A DNA stretch of 64,000 bases from positions 4,278,001-4,342,000 of the forward strand of contig OZ176052.1 of NCBI GenBank assembly GCA_964247055.1, written 5' to 3'. Below, piece by piece: positions 1-15,034 of the stretch. Numbering within the stretch: position 1 is the stretch's first letter; each line of letters begins with the position of its first letter. The notes under the pieces are model-generated. The model was given only the letters and a program-made list of their open reading frames with translations, was not told where the DNA came from and did no database searches. This DNA is from Paragordius varius. Lineage: Eukaryota > Animalia > Nematomorpha. The position numbers and the translations under genes were made by a program.

Positions 1-3000
1 ATTTCTGATTATAACTTTCATTTTGCTTTGGCTATTTATGACCAATTCATGTATGATTTAAGCATAACCAACAGTCACATAAATGATAATGAACTCCAAG
101 GTTTAGTGCTTAATAATGCTAAGGCAGGAATCACCATAACTGATTCCATCATTGCCCACAATGGGTATCGTTCGGGTTTGCAATTAAGTGGCTTGAAAAA
201 TTTCTTAACCATTCACAATGTAACATGGGTTGGGAATGCGGACAGTTCAATGAATGTTACAAATGCCGAAGGAACCATAAATGTAACACAATCCAAAGTT
301 ATAGGCTCACGAGGAGGAGGTACAGGTCTGGGTTTAGCATTTTATCTGCCCCTCAATGATGATTCAATTATCAACAATGTTTCATCAAGGCTGAAAGAAT
401 GCCTAATAGATATTAGTCAAACTTATTTTGTGGGAAATCAAGGCCCTTCAATCCTTTACACCAAGTTTCCTATCACCCCGACACAAAAAACTTTGCTTGA
501 ATCTCAAGTTTCTCATCAAATGCGGTCACCTTTTGTAGAAAATGATAAGGTGAGACAATCTCTGCAAATAACCTTTTCCCGTTTTGAACAGAACAAAGAT
601 GATTCTATCAAAATTAATATGGTATCACCGACCAAATATGTTAAAAGAAATATCTGCTCTTTACGGGATAAATTTATACTTGATATAAATAACAATACAT
701 TTGAGAATAATGATAGACCCGGCATTCATATTGTTAGCGATGCGTCGTGGCCAAACCCATGTCCCTACGCAATCAATATTGGATCAAACACTTTTAATGT
801 CAGTAATGGCGGTATAACTTTTGTAGAACATTCTCCACAACAAAATATAGATGAAATTGTATCAAACATCGATCTTCAACATAACATTAACCCTAATGCC
901 ATACAAAATATTCCAAATGTGGCATTAAATAATTACCTAAATATCGAATATAATTACTTTATAAGAAATTATGGAACTTCGGTAGTGTATGTAGATTCAC
1001 CCGGAGACACAAATCATTTTCATATGTTTCATGCTCCACACCATTCCATTCAATTAACGACGCGCATAATGTATAATCACTTTGTGAACAATGTCATTCG
1101 TTTACGAGCCCGTAAATTGGATGAAAAGCCAAGAACTATCCGTTCTAGATCACGTATTAATGCTGTGCTCACTATTGCAGGTTGTAGCAAAAATATATTA
1201 GTACAACGGAACCATTTTGCAAATGCTCCTCTCTACTCAGATTACGAAATAGGTATGGGAAATGTTTAATTTTTTATACAAGCAAGTAGCTATATATAAT
1301 AAATAAAAAGATCTTTTTAATTGGCCCATAGAGAAATTAGTTTTTGCTTATATAGAGAAGGTTCGAAATATATAGATGCATTCAAAAATAATTTAATTTT
1401 ATTATTTAAGCATATGCAACTTAGCAATATTCTATAGTTCTTGCCGATTGAAAAGGCTTATTCAAGTTTGAGAAATGGCAATTTTTTGAATTTTTGTTAG
1501 TATATTTTTGCAAATTATAGATTTCCAAATTTTTCGCAGGTCCTCATGTTGACGCCTTACAGAAAGCATACTTATCAATAAAACAAACAATTTTTTAAAT
1601 ATGCCAACTTATTATATTTTGGCTCTTTACTATATAAAATGTGTTGTTCCATAATTTTTTTGATACTAGATATATAAATATAATTAATAAAAAAGGTTTT
1701 ATTCATATTCCATATTTTTTAAACCATATCACAAGGTACCCGTTGCACTGATCGCTCTATTGATTTCAATGCTGCATATAATTGGTTTGATACACAACTA
1801 GTTGTTGATCAATACCACGTGAATGAAATCTATGACAAGGTTTTTGATCGAAAAATGCGTTATAACCTTGCTGGTATAACGGTTCACCCATTTTTACGGA
1901 CTGAAAATCTGAATGGGCCCACATCTATGTCACCTTTTACGCGTAAATTTATGCGCCGTAGTACAGAAATGAATAATGATGATGGTCAACAAGTAGTTTT
2001 CATTGGAGGTTTGTTGGAGGATAGGCTTTATCTTTCCCGTGAGTACACGCCATACATTGTATCAGAGGACATTTACATTACAAAAACGGGAGAACTGCGT
2101 ATAGACCAGGGCGTAGAACTACATTTCATGGCTGGTACAGGGATGTTTATTGAAGGCAAAATATATGCCATAGGTAAATAAATTGATTGTGAGAATTACG
2201 CATTATAAAATATTGTAATGCATTTTGAATTAAGCTTGAATGCGTATAAAATAGGTTAGATTTTTAATTTTCGACTTTTATTAAAAAATTTAACATTTTA
2301 TGAATTATAACGAAATGTGAATTTTTTTGCGATAAAGACTAATCAATAAATCAAAAATTAAAAATCCAGTTTTTTTTATATAGGCTTTTAAGCTTAATTT
2401 AAAATAAATTACATATGCCATAGGTGTTTACGATCCTTACAATCACCAACTCGGTAAAATTGTATTTAAACAACACGTTGAAATTTCTGCGACTAACAAG
2501 GATGATTTCAATTTTATGTCACCACAAATTTCTCAAGATCACTACCTTAATACTTATGAAAATGCGACGACAGCCAAACCTGACGACCTGCTAAAAGGTT
2601 CTGTCACTGAAAGCTTGCAAGATTACGTTCCTACAACATTAAGTTGGGATTCTGTGATAAAGCAACATACTACCCTATCTGTCCAACAAATCCATGCAAC
2701 TGAACGTAGTAACCCAGCCATAAAAACCTTGTATGATAAGGTAAAAGGACTAATTAAATTTAAGAGACGCTAAATGGATAAATTTCTTCACATTAATTTT
2801 CTAAAAACAATATAATGTGTTATAAATTATTCTTTTTATATCATCTTAATCTCATATATATTTACCCTTTATAAGATCAATGACCGTTTGTTGGCCCGAG
2901 GACATAATGTTAGGATTGGCTCAGATTTTCGATTACATGTACGTCTCTCTGCTTTGGCCAAATCATCAAATTCTTCCCACCATAATATAAATTGGAATTA

Positions 3001-6000
3001 CGACGATACTAATAATAATATGGATGAATGGGGAACTGTTTGTAATCATGGATGGACTTTGCAAAACACCATGCTAGTATGTAGTTCTTTAGGTCTTGTG
3101 GGAGATCCCCATGCTTGGCTCCTTAAACCTAGGCCTGTGCTTAAAGGACGTAAGTATCAAGACACGTCTCAAAGTTACCCTTCACGCATTGCTATGAATC
3201 AAGTTACTTGTGATCAAAATAGCATGGATATCACAAATTGTGCGTACGACGCAGAAACTGAACATTCTTGTACCCATGATGAAGATGTAGTGTTTCAATG
3301 TGTTGAACCGCGATGGGCAGGTATAATCTACTAAAATGTTTTTGCCTTAATAATAAACTATTAATAATAATACTCTTGATTATAGCTATAAACTTTTAGT
3401 TATAATATGTAAAAAAGCAAATTTAATTAATAAGCGTTTCAATTTATGTTAATATTTGAGATAATCATCCAAAAATAACACTTTTTTATGTCAAAATCCT
3501 TTTTTCTTGTATATATAAAACAAATAAGAAATTAATGTACTAAAATCTGAAAATATTTAACTTTTTCTAGTCTTATTTTAATCTGTGCATCTATGTTGAT
3601 TAAATAGGTATTCGATTTGGATTTTATGCACAAAGCAGTGATCTGCAAAATATTGAACTTAGAGATGCCGGCCTCCTGGATTACGATACGGGCGAAAAAA
3701 TTTCCGCATTAACCATTGATTACATGGTACATAACATGGGTGGAATGGATATTAGTAATAATGCTTACCAGGGCATACATGTGCTATACAATGACGTTTT
3801 TAACCCCAAAGTTTTTGAGAATGTGCGCGTTTCCCAAAATCAGGATGATGGTATGTTTGAAAATTTTTCACAAAAATATATTTTTTTTCTATGGAACTAA
3901 GTCCATAAATTACCTAATTGTATGTATGTACTATGGAGATCCGATTAAATATATAAAATTAAACCTAAATTAAATTGTACTGAAAATGTTAATAAAGTAT
4001 TTAATTTTCGTTTAATTTAATATGTAACGCAGCTTCCATATTCTTTAAAACAATATTCATTCCATATTAATATTTCCCTAATTTGATGTCTTTTTTCAGA
4101 GTTACAGATGATAATAAATAATTTTGCCTTATGTTAGGTTTGTTAATTACTATAAACTTATTTTGCAATAAATATATGCAGGTATGACGATTAGAACTCC
4201 GAGCACCTCTCTTTGGAACTCAATCGTATCCGATAATGCGGGGGCTGGGATGGTATTTAACCCCTACATTCCTGCCAAATATATGCGTGATGCTTTATCC
4301 TGGAATGGACGTTTTCGATACCCGAATAAACAAATTGTTAATGTTCTTGGTCAGAGTAATCCCTACAAAATATTAGATATTGGGAAATTTGACGAAATAT
4401 ACCTGTATTTGGGACCGTATGTGGAACAACAGCAAAGCGTCTCTGATATCAATCCTTACACTTATCAGAATCAAAGTGTCGTTATAAAAGTTAGAGATCC
4501 CGGATACTCTTTGGCTATTCAACATTTTGGGTCTTTGCATTTGTTTGAAGGTGTATTGAGTTTGCATCAAAACAACCGTAGACCGGACCACTCTGGCAAC
4601 GTAAATGAAGGTTCAACAATCAATTTTGACGAATTTCTCATATCGTCTCCATACACTCTTACATCAAATCTCATCCGGTTTGATATTTCAGCTCGAGTAC
4701 ATGATATACTTACGCCCAATCATATTGTAGTATTCAAAATAAAACCGTATAAATGTAAGTTATAATAAACATACAGTTTTGATTTGTTGGTTTTATAACG
4801 AAAAATATAAATTGGAATCAAAAAAGTGGATTATTATTATTATCTGCAATTTTAGCTTATTATGCGAAACCGATTGTATCATTCGTTCGTGTATTCAATA
4901 CAACATTCTCTCGAAATAATGACGGATGTACTATTAAAACTTACGATTCGCGATCCAATGCTGATCTATTTTCGCCCTTTCCAATTGGCAGGTCTCAATA
5001 TAATAACTCATGTTAAAATTATTGATATTTTTCTCACATATTTTAGGTTTAAATAAATTTATATTCTATCAAATATTTTGCCTTTTAAAAAATATGCGTG
5101 ATGGTTTGGATATATTTTATCTCATTCTTAATTACAATACTTTATAAAATATTTGACATTTTTTTCCAGAATTTACGATTAATAGGATGGATAATTAATA
5201 TTTACTATTATTGTTTTGTATATGACAAGTTTAAAGCAATAACGTTTGTTTTAAGGATTAGATCTTTTCTCTTAAAACCACAACATAAATAGTTTTTTAA
5301 AATAAAAAATAAAATATTCTATTTTAGTCAATTCCCTATGGTGGATATGCATATGCGTTTTGCTAATCTTACGATGTTATTTGTGGGCTCCCGATTTGAA
5401 TCAAACAAGCAAAATGCCATCTCACTCGTATCTCCATTCCATAACGTGAGAAACGTTGCTGCAGGAATGGTCTCTAATTTAACACTCATCTGTGAGAATT
5501 GTCATTTTGTTTGGAATAATGGTATATGGGAAACGGCGGACTTATACAGCTATGATTCTAACCACATATGGAATATCATATTGTACAAAAGCACGTTTGA
5601 AAGCAATTATGGAGGTTAGATATAACAATATCTTTTTAACACACATGTGTTGAGCGCATTCAATTATTAATATATGATTTTCTATAGAATAACTAAATTT
5701 TTCCATATATTTTATGCAAAATTTAGGTTTGAAACTGTTTCTGCCCTATTTGTTGGATCCGTTTCCGAATAAGTGGGCCGCTAAACATTCCATACTCATT
5801 GCGGAAAACATTTGGAAGGACAATATCAATTTTACTTTAAGGATCGGTGGTGCTTATGCTAATATAACTATTCTCAACAATGTAATATCCCATAACATTG
5901 GGTTAAAACGAAATTATATGTCCACCAATTCCCTTAACAATATGGAAAGTGGGGATGTAATCGATAGCGCACTAATTAGCATTGCCAATGTACTAAAACC

Positions 6001-7399
6001 AACTACGTTTGTCAATAATACAGTGCTAAAAAATACAGCTGATACCATTATAAAATTTGCATTTGATTCTAATGATATTCCATTTTTCGATAGAATGGCT
6101 CACGGTACACAGGCAATCAGTGTAAACATAAAATTCAATTATTTCCGTTATAATAATCCACTTTCAACTATGAATTTGGACGATATTGATGTTTATTCAG
6201 CAACCTCAGGATCTATACTTAACCGATTACATTTAATAGGGATATACGGGGCTACGAATGCACTCGTTAATTATAATATTTTCCAGGTCAATCAATTTTC
6301 TCACATGCTTATCAATGGATTAAATTACATTAGTGATGATATTGATGGTAATACATTTGACGTCCCTACTTCATTCTATTCTCAATTGGCAAATAACCAA
6401 ACAAGCCATGAAACATCACAATATAATGCATATGATGCGAGGACCGTGCGTTTTTCTGATTACTCGCTTGATGCAACCTTTAATTATTGGGACACCTTAG
6501 AATCTCATGTCATTAGTAATCTCATATTCGATTACTATGATTGGAATAATTTAGGTGTAACTAAATGGTCACCGATACTAAGATTACCGGACATAGATAA
6601 ACCTCAAATCCATTTTGGATCATTGGAGCATCAATACTTTAATGCTGAAGCGGATTATTTGGGTGGTGTACTTTCCAAAGATGCAATCCTCCTTTCTCGA
6701 CCTAAACCTTACACTGTTTCAAAGGATATTACAGTACCCGTTGGGAAGACTTTAACGATTGAGGAAGGAGCCATACTAAATTTCGAAGCAAACATTGGTA
6801 TTCTTGTCCATGGTTCACTACGGTGTCAAGGCTCACCTGAAAAACCTATAATATTCCAGGGCTTAAATGATGTCCCCAAATCAAGACACCGAGATAAAAA
6901 AGTTTTTCAAAAGCGTATGTCGCCTCCACTGATGGTACAAAATCGATCTATTCGTCAATTATCACAATCTTTCCCAAAAACGGATAACAATGATTTACCG
7001 TTGGAATTGCATGCTAGTAAAGTAGTTTCATCAACCCTGACTCCTCAATTACCAACTATGGTAAGGTTAAGAGATGGTCCACACGCTTATGAAGGATATT
7101 TACAATACTTTAATACCACTTATCAAGATTGGTTGCCTTATTGCGACGATGGTTTTACCCTAACAAATGCACGCATAATTTGCAACACTTTGGGTTATGA
7201 ATCTCAGTACACTCATTTTTGGTGGAGTGAAAGAATGATCTCCAATGTGGTCGATGGGGAACCCGCCAAATTTGATCTAAACAAAATGCAGTATATTAAG
7301 TTTTTATATTAAATGTTCTGTTAGACATGATAAAAGTTAAGTGATTTTCGTATAATATAGTATATTGGGTTTATTTTGACGTAAAAATCAAGAAAACAT

Positions 7400-7430
<31 letters not shown>

Positions 7431-10400
7431 TTTTATACAACTATTTTACTATCGCACGCTAACATTCTTTTTATATCCATATTTTACAATTTTAAAAAAT
7501 AAAATCTTGAAAATATTAACAATAATATTTCCTAAAATAGGTTGTATGAAGAAAGTAATCCTCACCCATTAGATTGCCATGGTTGTGAAAGCGATTGGAA
7601 ACAATGTCATCCACGATTAATTGCGCCCAAACGTAATCCCACCACATGTTTCGAGTCTTCATATATTTATATAAGGTATAAATAATGAGTTTATTATATT
7701 CAGAAAAATAATTATGTAACTCGAGTAAACAAAAGTTCATGTTTCAAATAAATTCGATTTATTCTGAATTTACAAAATTCCAATAATATCTATTTATATT
7801 GGTTAACATACACTTGGCATAAATTGTTTAATGAATTAAGTAGCACCTGTACACTATTAAATTAATTAGATTTATTAAGTTTTCTTTCATGTTTTATACT
7901 ATCACATTTTTAGGTGCGGTATAAAACCGGGCCGGTTTGCCAAATCGTATTGGGGTGGCATTCGTTTTGTTCAACAACGTAGTGGCGTTGGTGGCACGAC
8001 ATTACTTAATTCTGAACACTCTGCCCATCACCATCATACCAATTCAATTGGGTCATTACAAGAACACGAGATTTTACATGGGAACAACATGCAATCGAAT
8101 TCCCTTTTGGCTCATGTAATTATCCGTGGAGCTGGGAAACTGCATGGACATATGGCCGCGGCCATTGGCGTGATTGGGGGAGGAGACGCAGCTGGTTCCC
8201 TTGAACTTGATGGCACAATCGTGAAAGATAATGCTTGGCACGGGATTCAATATTTTAATCCGGGGCGCGATGTGCATATGAGCCCGGTGAATCGTCCAAT
8301 TAGCATTGTACATAATGCTGGAATTGGAATCAATAGCGTCAATCTATTGGATATGGGCACCTACCCTTCTGACACTGCTGAAGAAACCAGCAATGATAAT
8401 ATCAACAAATATATGGAAAAAACGAAATCTTTGTATCTAGAACGTTCAATTAGCGAAAGTAATGCCATACTTGATATCTGTAAAATGCCAACCAAAACTA
8501 TACATATTTCACCAACGCGACTTAACTCTTTGTTAGTTGGGTATGAATTTGATTCTGTGGCAAAAAAGCGATGTTCCATGGCATTCACGCTATCTAATCA
8601 AAAAACGCTCGGTTTTAGAGTTTTGGTAATTAGATAATCCTATTTATGCAATAATTATTGAAACCGAAAAAATTCCTTTTCATTATTTATATTATAAAAT
8701 AGTATAAGAAAATTAATTTAGGGATTAGAAGAACCATACTTTTTAGGAACGGTTTAACCAACAAATATTTATTTTTTCACAATATCAACTTTTTTTAAAG
8801 TATCTATTAATTTAAATCACAAAAGTAAATTTTCATATATGAAAAGTAGCTACATCAATGATTGTATATAATGATTTTTATTTCTTGTGGTCAAACATTC
8901 ACATTATAATTAACAAAATAAAAACTTATAGAATTTGAACCACAATATTTTATGAATATTATGCGGAGCCAGGCCAAAAAAAAACTTGAGTACTATAGTT
9001 ACGGTTTTAACCTCTAATTTTATTTAATGTACTTTGATTTGCGAGGTTACGCCAAGTTTGAAAATCGCCGATTAATTTAAAATAAAGTTACTGTGATTCC
9101 CAAATTTCATTTTTGCACAAAACGTTTTTTTCCATTTCTTTCTATAGCATGCACACAATCCTTCGGCCTTATCATCTCCCTTTACACGGACAATTATATC
9201 ATTGTTTAGAGCTAGCCCATTTACCTCACAGAATTTGATAGCAATCATTAATGAAACTAACGTACATAGTCGGACTGTATATCACAGCAATAGTAATGAA
9301 ATTTTCGTTTACATGGAAGCTGATTCTGGAGACCCAAGTGAAGCTTGGATTGCTGAAATTATAAGTTTTCCGACTTCCGCGTTTTCTAGTATACTAACTA
9401 TTACGATACAATAAATCAAATTTTTGAAGTTTTGTTAACGAAACGAATTAATTTATTTAATTTAATTAATAGAACAAACATCGCAACATTTTGATAACAT
9501 TGAGCTAGAAAGTAATCGATTAAGTGCTTTCCAATTTTTTACGCTTGGTAAGACAACTCCTAATCTTCAACTGCAGAAAAATCGAATATTTGGAAATGGA
9601 ATACATTCTTTAAATTTTACGAGTGGTTTACCAACAGTGTCGATTGAAACGCAGGTATTAATTTACTTTTTTGATTAAAAAAATAAATATAAAAATTAAA
9701 CATATAAACTAAATAAAATAATTTCGGATTCAGCGTTAAAGATTTTAATAGATATTTTTTGCCCCAATACTAATTATCTTTATTACTTTTTTAATATTAA
9801 TTTTTGTAGAACATGCAAAATATGTTGATAGCCAATAACTATATCGGTAATAATTTCGGAAATACTTTGCAAATATTATCTCAATCATCGGCTCATTCCA
9901 TGGGTCTCAATGCCATAATTGCAAATAATGTGTTGTATCGAAATAGGTTTGGATATTCAGCCCTTTTATCGGGTTTGCATAAAAGTCGAAGTAATCAAGA
10001 ATTACTGCTCACTTCAAATGCTTTCATGGAAAATTTTTGTCCTACTACTCAAACAGTGGCTTCTCTTATTGACATACGACACATAATATTGAATATGTCA
10101 AACAATTATGTCGCAAATAATTTAGCACATGGACATATATTAGCTGTGCATGGTTTTAGGGATGTTATCCCACACGTTGCACAATCGGTGTTTGAAAATA
10201 CGTTTTATAATAACACAGTGTTTAATGATCCGTATAATAATGCGGATATAGACGATAATGACTCTTTGCAAGGTTTACACAAACACAAAACCATTTCTAC
10301 CGTATTTGCAGGCTCAGCTTTCCAAGAATATACCCATAATTTATTCGAAAACACGGCAAATGATTTCGAATTTGCCGTTTCTAAACGTTACCGGTATATA

Positions 10401-13400
10401 CTATTTTTTGTACTAAATTTTAAACGCTTTAATAAACATATAGAAATAACCTTTATCATGATTTAATCGCTATTCATATAAACTAGATGGGATTTATGGA
10501 CCGGGCCTTTATTAGCCCAACATAATTGGTGGGGCTCAAATCATAAATCTGTCGTAAAATCACGTATCAAGGATAATTCCGATGAGCACAATATGATACA
10601 GATTAAATATGAACCATTTATAACGCATAATACTACTTCAATATACAGTAATGACTTTTTTAAATACATTTTTTATTTTAAAAAAACGTATATTAATTAA
10701 TATTTTTCTAATCAATAGGTATTTGTCCACCGGGTTGGATACATTTTGAAGATCAATCCTGCATGCTTTATGTCGGGGGCGCTATGAGATTCAAAGAAGC
10801 CATCGAATTTTGTAATTCTCAGGGTGGTATACTGCCATACCAAATATCTGATTCAGATTTACTGAAACGTTTTATCCGACATAACCAATACACTTATGCG
10901 CCACAAAATCTTATTTGGGTGCAAAAACAGGCCAGTGCATACCTCGAAAATTATGCCAAATGTTATGCATTATCTAGTGGTGATAATAGTATCGAAGAAA
11001 TTTCTTGCCACAATCTTTTACCCTTTATTTGTGAAATAAGTGAGATTTTTCACGCTTAATTGAAAATAATGTGATAAATGTTTTGCTGAACTTTATATTT
11101 ATTTTATTAATTTATGATATGGAGTATAGGTCCTATCACAAGTTTATCCATGATGGAATGGATCGAAAAACCGTATAGTATACTAGTTTTGGGTATACTG
11201 TTGTTAGCCATCGTTTTCATAGCATGTGTCATTTTTTGCTGGCAAAACAAATCAAAAATTAGGAAGAAAGAAGCCTTTGTCCGACGTAATTCAATTAGAT
11301 CATCCATCCGTTCAAATCGCTCCATAAAAAGTATGAACAGTACAACGGGGTTCTTATCTACTACCACGTTATCAAGTAATGGCCATAAATTACGCAATGG
11401 TTCAACTTACCGGCGTCCACCTCTAGGGGGATTTGAATTACCATTTTTTCAACATCAGCAAAATGATAACTCTCCTGTTGGTACAAATGATAATAATGAT
11501 ACGCTTAAAAGCATGAATAATTCTGGTTCAAACATGTATGCTAACGGTAGTTTAATGAATCATCAACAACCTTTGGTAGTTGCCCAAACAATAGAAAAGC
11601 GTGGGACCCCAAATACATCTGCTGCTTTAACTGGAAAAAATTCACGAATGACTTATGATATGTATTCAGTTACAACACTTAATACCATATCTGATACGGG
11701 TTACAGGGAACATGAACCATCCATCTTGAATGAAGCAAATTTCTTAGCTATCCAAGAGGATGATTTAGTGTCAGATGTTGGGACAAATGTTATTCCTGAC
11801 GAAAATTGTTCAAGTTTTTATGATTATAATTCACGTGTCTCCAATGATAAAATGTATCGACAACAAAGGCTTCTAAATCACTCAAATCAAAGTAACAACA
11901 ATAATAACAATACTACAATGTTAGCAGGTACACCGGTTAAATTACCGACTTTTGCGTCTATATCAAAAACGACCAAATTTTACCGTCAACCCACCATTTA
12001 TGAACAACAAGGTGACACACTACAGCAAAATACGGAAAACTTTGCGTTACATCATAACCCCAATAATACATTAAATATGAATGGTGAAAAGGAGACTATA
12101 GGTGATAATGATTCCAACAGTGATATGAGTGGAACCATGTTACTTCCACACTCAAATCATGCGGCAAGTTTTGATGCAAATCATCGCAAAAAATTGGAAG
12201 AAAAACGAAGAATGTATGAATCTGCTAACGCCTATCATAAATTAAGGTATTTTTGACTATAAAAGTATTATTGAATTTATATATATAGAGTAGACTTTCA
12301 TTTTCTCTTTTCCCCATAAGGATCGCGATTGTGAAAAAAATGTATTTTTTAAAATTTATTTCCTTTTTTTTTTCATTTGCCAAAAATATTTATTAATATT
12401 CCTATAAATTAAAAAAATATCATTTTTGATCATTCTGTCGGCAAAATGCCCACAAACAACTGAGTTTATGTGAAGATAAACTCAACTTAAACTAATGAAA
12501 CTATAGGATATCATTCATGCACTTAGTATAACCAATTAATTATATAAGTGCCGTTTTTTAAACTTATTATGAAGGGGATAATTATAGGAGAATAAAAGGA
12601 AACGACGGATCGAATGTTTTTGTATTAACAATCGTAGAATCCGTAAAAAACGATAAACGAAAATTAAATAGAAAATTAACTGAAGATATAAATGACATGT
12701 GGTACCCCTTTTTTACGGATACAATTGTTAAATATTCAGCGTTGACTTTACACATATAATATATACCTTTTACAGTTCAAATTCACCCTTGAACAATTCA
12801 AATTCACCCAAAAAATAAATTATATGTTTTTCGACTAATATAGCTCATTAATAAATATATCTTTATAGCATAGTTTATTATTTTTTCAGTATTATCTTAA
12901 TTTAAAACATAATTTTTATTTTTTTAACTATATAAAAATATTGGTAATTTTTAATCTTAAAAAACATATATTTTATTTGAAAGTAAATTTAAATTATTTA
13001 TGGGTGAATTTGAATAGTTTAAGGGTGAATTTACATTGTAAATGGTATATATAATATTAATATATAAAATTTTATATGTATACAGATATGAAGATGTCAG
13101 TATAGCTTCGACCATTCAAGAAGTTGAATCCAAAGAAAATACGTTAGAAACGTATGCCGATATCATTTATAAACCGATCACTGAATCAAATGAGAATGCA
13201 ACCACGACGGCGACGACGCCTGATACAGAAGATGGGAGCCATAGTTTACCGCCTCCTATTATCTATATGCAACCAAACAGCCTTCAACACAATAATCCAG
13301 ATTTGTTGAGTCCCAAAGAGAAAACATTTAGCAATCAACAAGCATTTTACAATAATACAACTAATTTTAATAATAGATCATCTGAAATGATGTCTAATCA

Positions 13401-13917
13401 TGTCCACAGCCTCAGTAATAACAATATTATGGATAGTGCTTACGATTCAAATGATAGCAAAGAGTTGTTAAATGACCATAAAACTAATACTAATTATACA
13501 AACAACCACACAAATATCATTCCACTTCAAATGAGGGATCAACGTAATTGCATTCTATAATTTCTAATGAAAAATGACTTTTATAAAAAAAATGTATAAA
13601 TTATTACTGGTTCTTTGTCAGACTGATTTCTAAATCAAATAAATTTATGTTTTTTGTGTTTGATATTGATAGAATATACAAAATCGAATCAGTTTTTACC
13701 AAATAATCATTCATATGGCAAACAAACACATTTGGAACCAACTATATCAGATTTCGATTGCTCCAATTTTCATGGAGAAGGTGACCGAAGCATGTCCTAT
13801 TATACGCTAAATAGCAATAAAAATGGTATGAATCAAACAATCTCCTCTCATTTTACTTCATCTTTACCTAAATCACAGAATTCAGATTTGCTCAAAATTA
13901 AAGAATCTGATGTATAA
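1..13917 (+). CDS. bark: Bark beetle/anakonda-like type I membrane protein (PbH1 beta-helix repeats, SRCR domains, C-type lectin, TM, long cytoplasmic tail); 5' end lies before the window
   Basis: 19 GT-AG exons join in frame: <1-1252, 1736-2173, 2424-2740, 2876-3320, 3608-3850, 4182-4754, 4856-4991, 5328-5614, 5727-7290, 7541-7675, 7914-8625, 9148-9388, 9473-9654, 9810-10393, 10487-10647, 10719-11039, 11130-12246, 13086-13543, 13673-13917 (9411 nt, divisible by 3). Motifs: SRCR (EWGTVCNHGWT...VCSSLG...CTHDEDVVFQC; VRLRDGPHAYEGYLQ), WAGIRF...AGLLDY, NWWG-type motifs, CTL (CPPGW...CHNLLPFICE), TM (ILVLGILLLAIVFIACVIFCW). This domain order is that of Drosophila Bark/Aka. Confidence 0.9.
2222..2404. 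mobile_element. Degenerate MITE-like inverted repeat inside a bark intron
   Basis: About 50-bp imperfect inverted repeats (TTTTGAATTAAGCTTGAATGCGTATAAAATAGGTTAGATTTTTAATTTT vs the reverse complement of ~2353-2404); the TAAGCT(T/G)AA(A)TGCGTA core recurs in the hairpin at 16676. Confidence 0.4.
12773..13038. mobile_element. Tc1/mariner-type MITE
   Basis: About 45-bp imperfect TIRs (CAGTTCAAATTCACCCTTGAACAATTCAAATTCACCCA / reverse complement at ~12995-13038) flanked by TA on both sides; lies in the bark intron 12247-13085. Confidence 0.7.
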
Positions 13918-14205
13918 AATAATTTATTATGTCTAATAAAAAGTAGTTGTATATACTCAATTTATGTTTCGAAAAAATCATTCCATTATATCTAATAATT
14001 GTTTGTGTAAACAATTTTCTATGCATTTAAATTTATAATTATCATACATTAAGTTTACTTTTTGATCTATTCATTTTTCCTACGTGTATAAATGTTCATG
14101 TGATTAATTTATATTTTGTACATATTTGATAATAAATGTCAAATTTAATTATAAATTGTTGAAAACTCATTTTCAATTAGGATATTATAATTTATATCAC
14201 TTTAA

Positions 14206-14712
14206 GTTGGCCCTTGTACACTTCAAGTTGGTCCTACACCAAGTTGTCCTTTATTTTTTTTAAATTGTTTCAATCAATCTAACCGTATATCATTAATATA
14301 TTTTATTATTAACCTATTCTCTTGATTTAACCGAACTTTTAAATCAATATCAAGTTTTAATCAATCAGAAACCGTATATCTTTTTAAGTTTTTTGATTTT
14401 AACAAGTAATTGAATAAAATATAAGTTTTCTGGGTTATTAATTACCATCTTTCGTTGAAAACATTTATAATTGGATAATATTGTTGAATTGGCAAAAATT
14501 AGTTCGGAACAAAAAAGTGGTTTATAACTAAATAAATAAATATATAATACAAGAAAATTAGGTTGAAAATTAAATAAATACATGCAAAATTTATTGTTAA
14601 ATCCAAATAAAATTAGGATTAACTTGAAATGTTCAAGGACCGACATGAAGAGTTCAACCAATCTGAAGTGTTGAAGGACCAATTTGAAATGTTCAAGGAC
14701 ACTTTTGAATAT
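14206..14712. mobile_element. Foldback-like MITE with 21-bp repeat TIRs, degenerate copy
   Basis: CACTTCAAGTTGGTCC units at the left end and inverted GGACCAACTTGAAGTG/TTCAAGGAC units at the right end; internal sequence resembles the copies at 30.4, 37.4, 39.3 and 42.8 kb. Confidence 0.65.
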
Positions 14713-15034
14713 AAATTAAAGATATCGTATAATGATTTTAGTTTATTCAATCAAAGGGGTAATTCTCTATAAGGTTGTACCCGATTAGATATGCATTATA
14801 TCGTTGTTACTTTTAAATTAATCATAAAATATCCTTTATTGCTAATCAAATTTGATATATTTTTCAACAAAGATAATAAAACCAAAAACTTCTTTTTTTC
14901 ATATGCGTGTGGCAATATCTAAAATTCTGTCGTTTCTGGACCCTAATCATTGATCTAAATCAAGTCTGAAGGAATATCTAAAAAAACACCTAAGGAAACC
15001 TCTAAATACCATAGAATGAAATATTTAATTTTTA

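Noticed and set aside
7400-7426. (TA)n microsatellites here and at ~16.9, 44.0, 46.1, 48.7 and 61.7 kb
   Set aside because: Ordinary for an AT-rich genome.
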